A DNA stretch of 64,000 nucleotides from Trueperaceae bacterium (GTDB taxonomy: Bacteria; Deinococcota; Deinococci; Deinococcales; Trueperaceae), in contig CBDCDZ010000004.1 in the NCBI GenBank assembly GCA_965215565.1, positions 3,072,001-3,136,000 on the forward strand, in the 5' to 3' direction. Shown here piece after piece: positions 47,399-57,096 of this stretch. The position numbers and the translations under genes are program-made. Under the pieces are notes generated by a model. The model was not told where the DNA came from. It ran no database searches and saw nothing but the letters and a program-made list of their open reading frames with translations. How positions within the stretch are numbered: the first letter of the stretch is position 1; every line of letters begins with the position of its first letter.

Positions 47399-48292
47399 TT
47401 AACTTGCCACCACGTTTGAGGGCTCGGGCAGGGTGAAATCTTCGCCCACCTCGTCCGCCCATACTTTCATGGTGGTGAGCCTGAGGTTGCCGTAAGAGGT
47501 CGAAAACGCGGTGTCCACGGCGTCGCGTCCGTAGGCGAGGAGCACATGCCCGGTGCGCGGGATGTTGTGCCGCGCGTCGAAGGTGCGCCACGCGCCGTCG
47601 ATGTACGCCTCGAACCAGGCGTGAAAGTCCATCGGGTTGGGGTCGGGCGGCACGTTGATGTCGGGCAAGAAGCCGGAGACGTAGCGCGCAGGGATGTTCA
47701 GCGAGCGGCAGAAGACGATGCCCAAGTGCGCGAAGTCGCGGCAGACGCCGACGCGCTCCTGGTAAGCCTCATAGCTCGAGGTTGCAGGCGTGCTCCCGGC
47801 GGTGTAGGTGACGTTCTCGTGAAGCCAGTCGCAGACCGCTTGCACCTGGGCTGAGCCTCCTTGTATATGTCCGAACATGTCCCAAGCGTCCGAAATAAAG
47901 TGCTCGATTTGGCAGTAGCGGCTCGGCAGCGTGTAGACCATGACCTCGTCGGGTAACTCCGCTACAGGCGTTTTCGGTAGGTCGTCCGGGACGGTGTTGG
48001 GGTGGGGTGGCACCTCGGCGATGGCGTCGTGAAACAGCGTGAGCTTGCCGCTGGGCGCGTCGATGCGCCACACGTGGTTGCCGAAACCGTCTCTATAGTC
48101 GTGCATGACGCCTTGCGGCTCGATGTGCTTCTGCGAGTTGACGAGGGTGTGGTACCGGCTCTCGCCGCGCGGCTCAACCGTTGCCATCATGTGTGCGCCC
48201 TGCGGCGATTCGTAGACGAGTTCGCAGCCGACTCTTACGCGAACCCCCCGTGTTTCATTGGTATTGCGGTTGTCTGCTGGCTGATGGGTCAT
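47399..48292 (-). CDS. Transglutaminase-like protein
   Basis: PSRYC, GVCRDFAH, DFHAWFE and GRDAVD motifs. Confidence 0.9.
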   Translation of the reverse strand: MTHQPADNRNTNETRGVRVRVGCELVYESPQGAHMMATVEPRGESRYHTLVNSQKHIEPQGVMHDYRDGFGNHVWRIDAPSGKLTLFHDAIAEVPPHPNTVPDDLPKTPVAELPDEVMVYTLPSRYCQIEHFISDAWDMFGHIQGGSAQVQAVCDWLHENVTYTAGSTPATSSYEAYQERVGVCRDFAHLGIVFCRSLNIPARYVSGFLPDINVPPDPNPMDFHAWFEAYIDGAWRTFDARHNIPRTGHVLLAYGRDAVDTAFSTSYGNLRLTTMKVWADEVGEDFTLPEPSNVVAS

Positions 48293-49468
48293 TCAGATGT
48301 CCCCCCTTGAAAAGAGCTGTTCTTGCCGTTTGTCTTGCTCGTCTTGTTCTCGTTTGTCTTGTTTCTGTCCCTCTTGCGACTGGCTCTGGCTTTGACTGCC
48401 GTTTCCGCTCTGAGATTGGTTCTGGCTCTGCGAACCGTTCCCGCTCTGGCTCTGCGATTGGCTCTGATTCTGACTACCCTGAGACTGGCTCTGCGCTTGC
48501 TGCTGCGCGCTGGCGTAGTCGAAGTAGGCGCTCGAGACCGCATCCGAAAGCGCGGCTAGACCTCTTAACAGCGACTCTAAACTCGGGTCTTCCTCTTCGG
48601 TGACCTTGTTGGCGCTGGGCATGTACTCGAGCTGCGCTGCGAGCCAGCCCGCTTGACGGCTCGGCTCGGCGGAAACGTCGGGGTTGCGCGCCTCAATCTC
48701 TTTAAGCACGTCGTAAACAACGTTCGCGCTAAAGCGCACGCTGCGCGGAAAGAAGGGGTCAAGCAGTAAAAACTCGGCGATGTGGCTCGAGTCTAGGGCG
48801 CTGTGGTAGCGCTTGCGAAAGGCTTCAAAGGCGCTGATGGACTTTAGCAGCGCTATGCCTCTATGCGTCTCGACGCCGCGCGCTACCACCTCTTGCCCCT
48901 TGTACTGCCTATAGCGCACCATGAGGATGCGCAGCACGTTGTCGGTGCGCTCCAGATATTGCCCCGCTTTGAGGAAGTACCAGCCCAAGTCACGGGGCAG
49001 CGTCGCGTCGGCGGTGCCGAAAAAGAGGTAGCTCGACTCGCGCGCGGTGGCGCAGTAGTCGTGCAGGGTTTCCTGGGCGATGTCCTCGCGCGTGCCGTCG
49101 CACAGTTCTAAGTAGGCGCGGTTCAAGGTTTCCCACATCTCGGTGGAGATGCGGTCGCGCAGGGTGCGCGCGTTCTCGCGGGCGTGGGTGAGGCTCATTC
49201 TGATACTGCTCGGGTTGTCGGCGCTGACCGCTAACCACTCGGGAACCGTACTTCTATCCGCCCGTTCGAAGTGCTCGCGAAAACGCGCTTCGTCGTCTAG
49301 GATGTGGAGCAGAGGAGCCCACTGCTCGGTTACGATTCCCTTCGTACCGGGTTGCAGCGGCACCTCCACGATGGCGTGGTAGTTCACGTCCAAAAGCCGC
49401 GCGGTGTTCTCGGCGCGTTCGACGTAGCGTCCCATCCAGTAGAGGTTTTCGGCGATGCGGCTCAGCAT
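48293..49468 (-). CDS. Alpha-E (DUF403) domain protein with Ser/Gln-rich tail
   Basis: MLSRIAENLYWMGRYVERAENTAR, ARENAR..R..ISTEMWE and FPRS motifs. Confidence 0.92.
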   Translation of the reverse strand: MLSRIAENLYWMGRYVERAENTARLLDVNYHAIVEVPLQPGTKGIVTEQWAPLLHILDDEARFREHFERADRSTVPEWLAVSADNPSSIRMSLTHARENARTLRDRISTEMWETLNRAYLELCDGTREDIAQETLHDYCATARESSYLFFGTADATLPRDLGWYFLKAGQYLERTDNVLRILMVRYRQYKGQEVVARGVETHRGIALLKSISAFEAFRKRYHSALDSSHIAEFLLLDPFFPRSVRFSANVVYDVLKEIEARNPDVSAEPSRQAGWLAAQLEYMPSANKVTEEEDPSLESLLRGLAALSDAVSSAYFDYASAQQQAQSQSQGSQNQSQSQSQSGNGSQSQNQSQSGNGSQSQSQSQEGQKQDKREQDEQDKRQEQLFSRGDI

Positions 49469-49520
49469 AGGCGTTCCGTTCGAGGTGAGTGCGGTTGTAG
49501 AGACGGCGCCGCGGTGGTCG

Positions 49521-49578
49521 GTAGTCCGTAACTAGTGGTCAGCATAAAAACCCCTCTGACTACTGATTTCTGACTACT
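49521..49578. repeat. Heptamer inverted-repeat element family B, copy 2
   Basis: GTAGTC..GTGGTCAGCATAAAAACC..CTGACTACTGATTTCTGACTACT, similar to the reverse complement of 20908-20965. Confidence 0.65.
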
Positions 49579-49601
49579 GACACCTTTTATGGCCGCTGTT
49601 C

Positions 49602-51056
49602 TCATCCTTCTGACCCACCTTCATCCGCCAGCACCCAGGTGTCCTTCGAGCCGCCGCCCTGTGACGAGTTGACGACTAGGGAGCCGCGCTTGAGGGCGAC
49701 GCGGGTCAACCCTCCCGGCACGACGGTGATCTCTTCGCCTACCAGAATATAAGGACGCAAGTCCACATGGCAGGGCTCGAAGGCGTGGTTGTCGGCGTAG
49801 TAGGTGGGGTGGCGCGAGAGCTTCAGGACGGGCTGCGCGATGTAGTTACTCGGCGTTTCGCGCACGCGCCTGACGAACTTCTCGCAGGTCTCCTCGTCCG
49901 CCTCGGGACCGATGAGCATCCCGTAGCCCCCCGCGCCGCCCACCTCTTTGATGACGAGGTCTTGGGCGTTGTTGCAGATGTACTCGAGCTTCTCGGGGTC
50001 ACTCCCCAAATAGGTCTCGACGTTGGGCAAAATCGGTTCCTCGTTCAGGTAGTAGTCGATAATCTTAGGCACATAAGCGTACATCGCTTTGTCGTCCGCA
50101 ATGCCCGTGCCAATGGCGTTGGCGAGCGCCACGCGCCCTGCGCGGTATACGTCCACGAGCCCCGGCACGCCCAGCATCGACTCCTTGCGAAAGGCTACAG
50201 GGTCCAAAAAGTCATCGTCGATGCGGCGGTAGATGACGTCTACTTGCTCCTTGCCCCGCGTCGTGCGCATCCAGACGCGCCCGTCTTCGGCGAAGAGGTC
50301 GCGCCCCTCCACAAGCTCGACGCCCATCTGCTGCGCTAAAAAGGCGTGCTCGTAGTAGGCGCTGTTGTATTGCCCTGGCGTCAACACGACGATAGTCGGC
50401 GTCGCCACGTCCCTCGGCGAGAGGCTGCTCAGGCACTCGAAGAGCGCTGAGGTGTAGTGCGAAATCGGGCGCACGCCCCGCCCCGCCATCAGTTTGGGGA
50501 AGGAACGCGCCATCACGTTGCGGTTGACGAGCATGTACGAGACGCCGCTCGGGTTGCGCAGGTTGTCCTCTAAAACGCGGTAGGTCCCCTCCTCGTCGCG
50601 GATGAGGTCGCAACCGACGATGTGGGTGTAGGCGCGGTGCGGTACGTCGATGCCCTGCGCTTGTGGGCGGAAGTTGTTGTTGCCCAAAACGAGGTGACGT
50701 GGGATAACTTCGTCTTTGAGGATTTCTTGATTGTGATAGACGTCATCTAAAAAGAGGTTGAGCGCGCGGACGCGCTGAATAAGACCTCTTTCTAGGTGCG
50801 CCCACTCGCCTGCAGGAATCACGCGCGGAAAGGGGTCGAAGGGAAAGGTGCGTTCGGTCCCCGCCTCATCGCCGTAGACCGTAAAGGTGATGCCCTGGTT
50901 GCGGAGCGTGAGGTCGATGAGCGCGCGCCGCCGCCCGAACTCGCCTGCGCCGTAAGCGCCAAAACCCGAGACAATGTTGCTGTAGTGCTCCCTTGGGTCG
51001 TCACTCGTGCGGAACGCCTCGTCGAAGAAGCCGCCAGGTCTGTAGTCGTCAAACAT
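49602..51056 (-). CDS. Circularly permuted type 2 ATP-grasp protein
   Basis: QGITFTVY, LEDNLRNPSGVSY, YRRIDDDFLDP and VVNSSQGGGSKDTW motifs. Confidence 0.93.
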   Translation of the reverse strand: MFDDYRPGGFFDEAFRTSDDPREHYSNIVSGFGAYGAGEFGRRRALIDLTLRNQGITFTVYGDEAGTERTFPFDPFPRVIPAGEWAHLERGLIQRVRALNLFLDDVYHNQEILKDEVIPRHLVLGNNNFRPQAQGIDVPHRAYTHIVGCDLIRDEEGTYRVLEDNLRNPSGVSYMLVNRNVMARSFPKLMAGRGVRPISHYTSALFECLSSLSPRDVATPTIVVLTPGQYNSAYYEHAFLAQQMGVELVEGRDLFAEDGRVWMRTTRGKEQVDVIYRRIDDDFLDPVAFRKESMLGVPGLVDVYRAGRVALANAIGTGIADDKAMYAYVPKIIDYYLNEEPILPNVETYLGSDPEKLEYICNNAQDLVIKEVGGAGGYGMLIGPEADEETCEKFVRRVRETPSNYIAQPVLKLSRHPTYYADNHAFEPCHVDLRPYILVGEEITVVPGGLTRVALKRGSLVVNSSQGGGSKDTWVLADEGGSEG

Positions 51057-51523
51057 GCGGGTGAACTGAGTTGAGAGGTGAAAGAGCCTGAACAAGCATT
51101 TGCAAAGAATATCATACCACTATGCGTGAAGAGCAAGGCGTCGGCGTTCCGGGCAACGTCCTAAGTAACACCGCAACCTCTTTCCTCAAGTTCCCCCGAG
51201 GATTTAGCGAATTGAACATAGCAGCCTAAGCAGATGTATGCTTTATCAAAAAAGTCAATAAATTCACGTAAAGGGCCCGTTGATTGCGTTATCTTTCCCG
51301 CAGCTTTGGGCACGAAGAGGAGGTTTCGACTAGGGCCGACGCTACCTCGAGGCAAAACGTTGTAACATGGATATGAGTTGTCTCTGGGTGCGCAACGTGC
51401 GAACGCGCTGAGGGGCAGCGAATGAGAGGCGAATCTAAATCAACATACTAAGCTAAGGTAGCGCTAGCCCGCTCAAAGCTAAAGGGGGGCTGAGAGGGTG
51501 GCGGCTACCCCACGAGGAGTAGA

Positions 51524-52021
51524 ATGCAACATCCCAAAGGCGTGCTTATCGAGCACTGCAAGCAGTCCGGGCTCGCCAAGCCCAAATTCGACACTAAAAA
51601 TACTGGACCCGAACACGAGCCTACCTTCGTGAGCGACGTGCTTATCCAAGGCGAGGTCTACGGCAAGGGTGAGGGCAACAACAAGCGCGAAGCTGAGCGA
51701 AAAGCGAGCGAAGCGGCACTCTCGAAGCTGAGAGGGTCTATCAGCGCGAACGGGTCTGCGCCTAATCGCGCTGCGCCCGAGCGAGAGCAGCCCGCGCAGA
51801 CCACGGACGGCAGCCCGAGCCCACAACTCGCAGACGGACCTTTCGAGGGACCGTGGCCCATCTTTCCCGAGGTGTTAGCTTCGAGCCTTGCGGTTGCTAA
51901 CAGCCGCGTAGACAGCGCCCTGCGTAACGACGAAGCGATCAGCGCAGTGCAAGACTTGGCGCTGCACCTCTACAAATCCAGTTTAGAAAACTTGGGCGAA
52001 ATCATCGAAGTCGAGGAGTAG
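51524..52021 (+). CDS. Stand-alone double-stranded RNA-binding domain protein
   Basis: HPKG.L.E..Q....P.F....GPEHEPTF...V...G.GEG.NKREAERKA dsRBD; GAGGAG RBS. Confidence 0.85.
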   Translation: MQHPKGVLIEHCKQSGLAKPKFDTKNTGPEHEPTFVSDVLIQGEVYGKGEGNNKREAERKASEAALSKLRGSISANGSAPNRAAPEREQPAQTTDGSPSPQLADGPFEGPWPIFPEVLASSLAVANSRVDSALRNDEAISAVQDLALHLYKSSLENLGEIIEVEE

Positions 52022-52022
52022 C

Positions 52023-52319
52023 TCAGGCGTTCGCCTTCGCCCACCTCTCGATGCGGGCGAGGTCTTCGGTGGCTTTCTCCTCTTTCATCATCGCCAAAAG
52101 CTTGGGGCTCGCGTCTACATTGGGCGTGCCGACACCCTCGATGATATCCACCATCTTCGCGCTAAAGGCGCGGAGCGGCACCTCCACGCTGATGTCTTGC
52201 GTGTTGTCCGGTGTGGGCTTATGAAAGAGGAGCAAATCTTTCTCTAGGGCGTTGTTGCACGTGGGGTTGACCTCCACGAGCACGTCGCCGTGATCAGTTT
52301 TGACGAGATAGGCGTTCAC
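52023..52319 (-). CDS. Hypothetical protein
   Basis: 98-aa ORF with typical codon usage; leaderless TAAGCT upstream. Confidence 0.6.
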   Translation of the reverse strand: MNAYLVKTDHGDVLVEVNPTCNNALEKDLLLFHKPTPDNTQDISVEVPLRAFSAKMVDIIEGVGTPNVDASPKLLAMMKEEKATEDLARIERWAKANA

Positions 52320-52706
52320 ACGTTAGCTTAGCACGCACGTGGCGGGTTCACTAACAAATGACGCGCCTCGCATTTACCTTTGAACCGACATCTCACGAGG
52401 AGAAATCACGTATAGTTAGCGGGTAGTGGCGACACAAAACCTCGCTCGCCAGGCGCGCGGTCCTCGGTCTCGAGTCCGCCTCAAAGGGTACTCGGAGGGC
52501 TGTTTCCGGCAACACGCTGACCTCTTCGCGCACGCTATTTGATTACGACTTGAGGAGCGGCCAGCGCCTCCAAACACACCACTTCCGTGAGAGGAAATCA
52601 TGAAAAAAGCGACACAGGTATCTTTGTCGTGCCTGACCCGGTGTCCGGCTCGATATTCGGCTCAGTCTTTATCTTCTGATGCCGCCCTTTTAGTGAGACC
52701 ACCTAC

Positions 52707-54542
52707 ATGCACGAGATATTTCATCTAAACCCCGGCTTCTTCATCGCGCTGACCATCGCTTTGGGCGCGGTGGCGCAGTGGCTCGCGTGGCGCGTGAATC
52801 TGCCCGCGATTCTGCCGCTCTTAATCATCGGCTTTCTGATCGGTCCGGTCTTCGGCGTCGTCGCGCCCTCGGAGTTTATCGGGGAGGACCTGCTCTTTCC
52901 CGCTATCGGTTTGGCGGTAGGGCTCATCCTCTTCGAAGGCGGGCTGACGCTGCGCCTGCCCGAAGTGCGCGAAGTGCGGCGCGTGGTGCTCAACCTGGTC
53001 ATCGTTGGCTCGCTCATCACCTGGCTCGGCGCGACGGCGGCGGCGTATTACATCGTCGGGCTCAACCTCTCGCTCGCGTCGCTCTTCGGAGCGCTCGTCA
53101 TCGTCACCGGACCTACCGTCATCGGCCCGCTCATACGCAACGTCAGACCGACGGCGCGCATCGCCAACGTGCTCAAGTGGGAGGGCATTCTCATTGACCC
53201 CGTTGGAGCGCTCGTGGCGGTGCTGGTTTTCGAGTACATCTTGCTCGGCAACCGCAGCGAGGCGCTCGGGCAAACGATTTTGCTCTTTTTGCGCTTTCTC
53301 ACCGTGGGCACAGTCGTTGGGGTGATCGGCGGGCTCTCCTTAGCCTTTTTGTTGCGCCGCCGCTTCATCCCGGATTACCTCATCAACTTCGTGTCGCTGG
53401 CGCTCGTCTTTACCGTGTTCGCCCTTTCGAACGGCTTCGCCGAGGAGTCGGGGCTTTTGGCGACGACGGTCATGGGCATCATTATGGCGAACCGGCACGT
53501 GCCGAATATCGAGGGGATTTTGAGCTTCAAGGAGGACTTGACCATCCTCTTCATCTCGCTTCTTTTCCTCGTGTTGGCGGCGAATATCGAGTTGACATCC
53601 TTTATGGAGGCGCTCTCCTGGCAAAGCTTAGCGCTCGTCGCCGTGATCATGCTCGTGATACGCCCCTTGAACGTCTTCGCGAGCACCGTGCGCTCCCCTC
53701 TCTCGCTGCGCGAGAAGCTCTTCTTATCGTGGATCGCGCCGCGCGGCATCGTCGCGGCGGCGGTGACCTCGCTCTTTACGGCGCGGCTCGTCGCGGCTGG
53801 GTTCGAAGGGGCGGGTATCCTCACCTCCTTAGTCTTTATCGTCATCGTCGGTACGGTAGCGCTGAACAGCCTCACCGCGAAGCCGATCGCGCAGTTTTTG
53901 GGCGTGGCGGAACCTGACCCGCAAGGGCTTTTCATCATGGGCGCGCACAGCGTGGCGCGGCGCATCGCGGCGTTCTTGAAGGGCGAGGGCTTTAGCGTCG
54001 TCGTGTCGGACACGAACTGGTCGAACGTGGCAACGGCGCGCATCGAAGGACTCGAGGCGTACTACGGTAGTCCGCTCTCTGAGCGCAGCGACGACGACTT
54101 GCGGCTCTCGGGCATCGGCAACCTCTTGGCGCTCACCTCGAACGACGAGGCGAACGCATTGGCGGCGCTTAAATTTGCCCGCGAGTTCGGCTCGGGTCAC
54201 GTCTTCCAGTTGGAACCGGGGCGCAGCAGCCGCGCCCGCGAGAACCTGAGCCAAGAGCAGCGCGGGCGGCTCGTCTTCTATGGCGGCACCACCTACGCGC
54301 AGCTCAACAACCTCTTCAACCGGGGCGGTGAACTGAAGAAAACATCCATCACCGCCGAGTTCAACCTTGCGGACTTCGAAGCGGTTCATGGCACCGATTA
54401 CCTGCCGATGTTCGTTATCCGGGGTAAAAGGATTACCGTGGTGACGGACGAAAGCCTCGAGCTGGAGCCGGGCGCGGTGCTCGTGTCGCTTATATTGACG
54501 CCAAAAGATACTGCCCAGCGCACGCTCACAAGCGCATCTTGA
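52707..54542 (+). CDS. NhaP-type (CPA1) cation:proton antiporter with NAD-binding C-terminal domain
   Basis: ILFEGGL, VTGPTVI, WEGILIDP and WIAPRGIVAA motifs. Confidence 0.9.
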   Translation: MHEIFHLNPGFFIALTIALGAVAQWLAWRVNLPAILPLLIIGFLIGPVFGVVAPSEFIGEDLLFPAIGLAVGLILFEGGLTLRLPEVREVRRVVLNLVIVGSLITWLGATAAAYYIVGLNLSLASLFGALVIVTGPTVIGPLIRNVRPTARIANVLKWEGILIDPVGALVAVLVFEYILLGNRSEALGQTILLFLRFLTVGTVVGVIGGLSLAFLLRRRFIPDYLINFVSLALVFTVFALSNGFAEESGLLATTVMGIIMANRHVPNIEGILSFKEDLTILFISLLFLVLAANIELTSFMEALSWQSLALVAVIMLVIRPLNVFASTVRSPLSLREKLFLSWIAPRGIVAAAVTSLFTARLVAAGFEGAGILTSLVFIVIVGTVALNSLTAKPIAQFLGVAEPDPQGLFIMGAHSVARRIAAFLKGEGFSVVVSDTNWSNVATARIEGLEAYYGSPLSERSDDDLRLSGIGNLLALTSNDEANALAALKFAREFGSGHVFQLEPGRSSRARENLSQEQRGRLVFYGGTTYAQLNNLFNRGGELKKTSITAEFNLADFEAVHGTDYLPMFVIRGKRITVVTDESLELEPGAVLVSLILTPKDTAQRTLTSAS

Positions 54543-54870
54543 TACTGTTTCCGGTTAGTTCCCTTTGGAATTAATTGGAAACAGTACTAAAGCAGTTCAC
54601 AGAAGTACTGCATTGGAAGAGCGCTTACGAAGTTTTGCCCCCGGCAAAAGCCTCAGTTCGAAGAACCATCCCGCTCTCAGGCAAAGCCTAGCGGGACGGC
54701 TTCGCCTGAGAGCGGGATTTCATTTAAGAATGTGCGTGTTCACCCAAGTTCTCTAACGTGAGACTGGCTCAAACCAAATGATATAGCAGTTCCAAAACAT
54801 ACTGAGACGGATGAGCACAGATCTCTGTCCGCAAGGACTAGCGGGATTTCATCTCAGAATGTGCGTGCTA
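54543..54870. repeat. Cluster of Deinococcus-type small repeats/MITE fragments
   Basis: Hairpins at 54543-54586 and 54668-54718; GCGGGATTTCAT...AGAATGTGCGTG occurs twice; modules shared with 35100-35204 and 23954-23983. Confidence 0.75.
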
Positions 54871-55075
54871 AGTAGGTGCGTGGAAATAACCTAAACTAAA
54901 GAGGTTGACGAAACGCATCTTACAGGGAGAAATCTTTCCAAAATAGTTTAGATTATTTAGGCTGGAGTACTTAAATGGTGTTCTTTACAGTAAGAGTGTT
55001 TCAAACCAGCTCCGAGCTTTGCGAGACAGACTTTGATACCTGCTATTTATTCCTCCTTCTTGATTCTATTCCTTG

Positions 55076-56053
55076 TCAGGCGCTTAGTACCCCTACCGCG
55101 ATGTAGCCGATATAAACCGCGTAGATCACCAGAACGATCAATCCCTCAACCCGCGTGAACTTCAGGCGTAGCGTCAGGAAAACAGCCACGATCACGCTGA
55201 CGCCGATCATCGTCCAGAAGTCCGGGCTGTAGAATTCGGGCGGCACGTTGAGGGGTACTATCATCGACGTGATCCCAATAATCGAGAGGACGTTAAAGAT
55301 ATTCGAACCCACCAAGTTGCCGAGAATAATATCGCCCTCTTTTTTGAGCGCCGCCGCGACGCTCGCCGCGAGTTCGGGCAGGCTCGTACCCACTGCAACG
55401 AGCGTAATGCCGATAACACGTTCGGGAACACCTGCCGCTTCAGCTAGGCTCACCGCCCCCGCCACCAAAAGCTGTGCGCCCGCAACGAGTAGCGCCGCGC
55501 CGACGGCTGTGAAGATGAGCGGTTTGGTAATACCTTCGTCTTCAACCTCTTCAAGCTCACTCGCCATCTCTTCGATTTCGCTCTGCTCGTCGCTGCGCAA
55601 GAGGACGACGACGTAGCCAACCAGCAAACCGAACAAGAGGAGACCCTCGAGCCGGTTGATCCGCGCCAGCCCATCCTCGCCTGCGCCAAAGGTCAACACG
55701 AGTAGTAGCAAACTCGTCCCAATCATAAAAGGAACTTCGCGCCGCACGAAGCTCTTCGTCGTCGCCAGCGGATAGATAAGCGCCGCCACGCCCATCACGA
55801 GCGCAAGGTTGGCAATATTTGAGCCGATGATGTTGCCCATCACCAGGTCGTCCGCGCCCTGAAAGGCAGCGGTCAGGGCGGCGGCGAGTTCGGGCGCACT
55901 CGTGCCGAACGCCACCACAGTTAGCCCGATAAAGAGCGTGCTGACGCCGAAGTGCCGCGCCAGCTTCGCCGCATTGTCGATGAGGTAGTCACCGCCGAAA
56001 TATAAACAGACGATGCCCGCAATAATCAGTGCGAAGTCGATTAAAATATCCAC
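55076..56053 (-). CDS. Calcium/sodium antiporter (YrbG/CaCA)
   Basis: Twin GTSAPE/GTSLPE and GNIIGSN/GNLVGSN alpha repeats. Confidence 0.93.
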   Translation of the reverse strand: MDILIDFALIIAGIVCLYFGGDYLIDNAAKLARHFGVSTLFIGLTVVAFGTSAPELAAALTAAFQGADDLVMGNIIGSNIANLALVMGVAALIYPLATTKSFVRREVPFMIGTSLLLLVLTFGAGEDGLARINRLEGLLLFGLLVGYVVVLLRSDEQSEIEEMASELEEVEDEGITKPLIFTAVGAALLVAGAQLLVAGAVSLAEAAGVPERVIGITLVAVGTSLPELAASVAAALKKEGDIILGNLVGSNIFNVLSIIGITSMIVPLNVPPEFYSPDFWTMIGVSVIVAVFLTLRLKFTRVEGLIVLVIYAVYIGYIAVGVLSA

Positions 56054-56199
56054 GTAAGGTCCTTTGTCGAAAAGAGTTTTTTCATGATGATTTAGATTGA
56101 TACGGACAACTTCGCATTGGAAGATGAAGCTGCGCCTAACTATACTGTGAAAAGGTCTCGCAGATGTTTAGCCGCGCTGCTCATTCACTTGACAGAGAA

Positions 56200-56349
56200 A
56201 ACAAGGGGTCATACGGATTCCGATTGATTACTACATAAACTCTTGCAGAGTTTCTTCCGCTATCATCGGAATCCGTATTCTTTTCAACTCGTTACACTCG
56301 GGGTAATTCCTATGGGAATTAACCGGAAACGGTATCACAACCCCTTGTT
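56200..56349. repeat. Nested MITE-like repeats inside a hairpin
   Basis: ATACGGATTCCGAT...ATCGGAATCCGTAT (56211-56278) and ...AACCGGAAACGGTATCA, flanked by AACAAGGGG/CCCCTTGTT. Confidence 0.7.
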
Positions 56350-56394
56350 CGTGTGAGTCAGGCTCGAGTCTACCTCTAATGCACAGAAGCTCAA

Positions 56395-56973
56395 CTAAAG
56401 ATGCGGTGTAATCGACGGCATCAAATTATCGAATGTCCGCCCCGAGGCGTTCTGCCCGATGGCTTGGAACTGCCAGCCGCTCCCCTCGCGGTAGACTTTC
56501 GTCATGATCTGCGCGGTGTGGTTGCCTTGCGCCGAGAGGTCGAAGCGGGCGATTTCGTCGCCCGTGCTCTTATCCACCAAACGGCAAAACGCATTCTCAA
56601 TCTGCGAGAAGTTCTCGCCCGTGAAGCTGTTGACGACAAAAACAATCGTCGAGACCTCGCCCGGCACGCCGCTCAAGTCCACGATAATTTGCTCGTCATC
56701 GCCTTCGCCCGCGCCCGTGCGGTTGTCGCCCGTATGAATGATGCTCCCGTCACGGCTGCGAAGTTGGCGAAACCAGACCTCATCCACCTTCTGCTTCTGC
56801 GCGTTGAATAAGACCGCGCTCGCGTCCAAGTCGATGTCTTGCTCCCTCGAGCCGAAGCCGAAAAAGCCACCCGACTTCTTCGCGTCCCAGCCGAGCCCCA
56901 TCACGACCTCTTTCAGACCGCTGCCGCCTTTTTCCAAACTGATTTTTTGACCTTTACTTAAACTTACGCTCAT
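56395..56973 (-). CDS. terZ: TerZ/TerD family stress protein
   Basis: SLSKGQKISL, GLGWD..GGFFG, IDLDAS and [15 protein letters not shown] motifs. Confidence 0.85.
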   Translation of the reverse strand: MSVSLSKGQKISLEKGGSGLKEVVMGLGWDAKKSGGFFGFGSREQDIDLDASAVLFNAQKQKVDEVWFRQLRSRDGSIIHTGDNRTGAGEGDDEQIIVDLSGVPGEVSTIVFVVNSFTGENFSQIENAFCRLVDKSTGDEIARFDLSAQGNHTAQIMTKVYREGSGWQFQAIGQNASGRTFDNLMPSITPHL

Positions 56974-57036
56974 AGAGTTCCTTTCGCTGGTTATAGTGAG
57001 GGTTCATCTGTTGAGTAGATAAACCGCTTAGATAAA

Positions 57037-57096
57037 AGAGAAAAGGACTGAGGGAAAAGAGGTTTTACTCAGTCCTTTAACCTTTCCTCTTTTCTC
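57037..57096. repeat. Intergenic purine/pyrimidine inverted repeat
   Basis: GAGAAAAGGACTGAG...CTCAGTCCTT...CTTTTCTC. Confidence 0.5.

Noticed and set aside
52416..52601. 61-aa Cys/Arg-rich ORF
   Set aside because: Atypical composition and no family motif; probably spurious.
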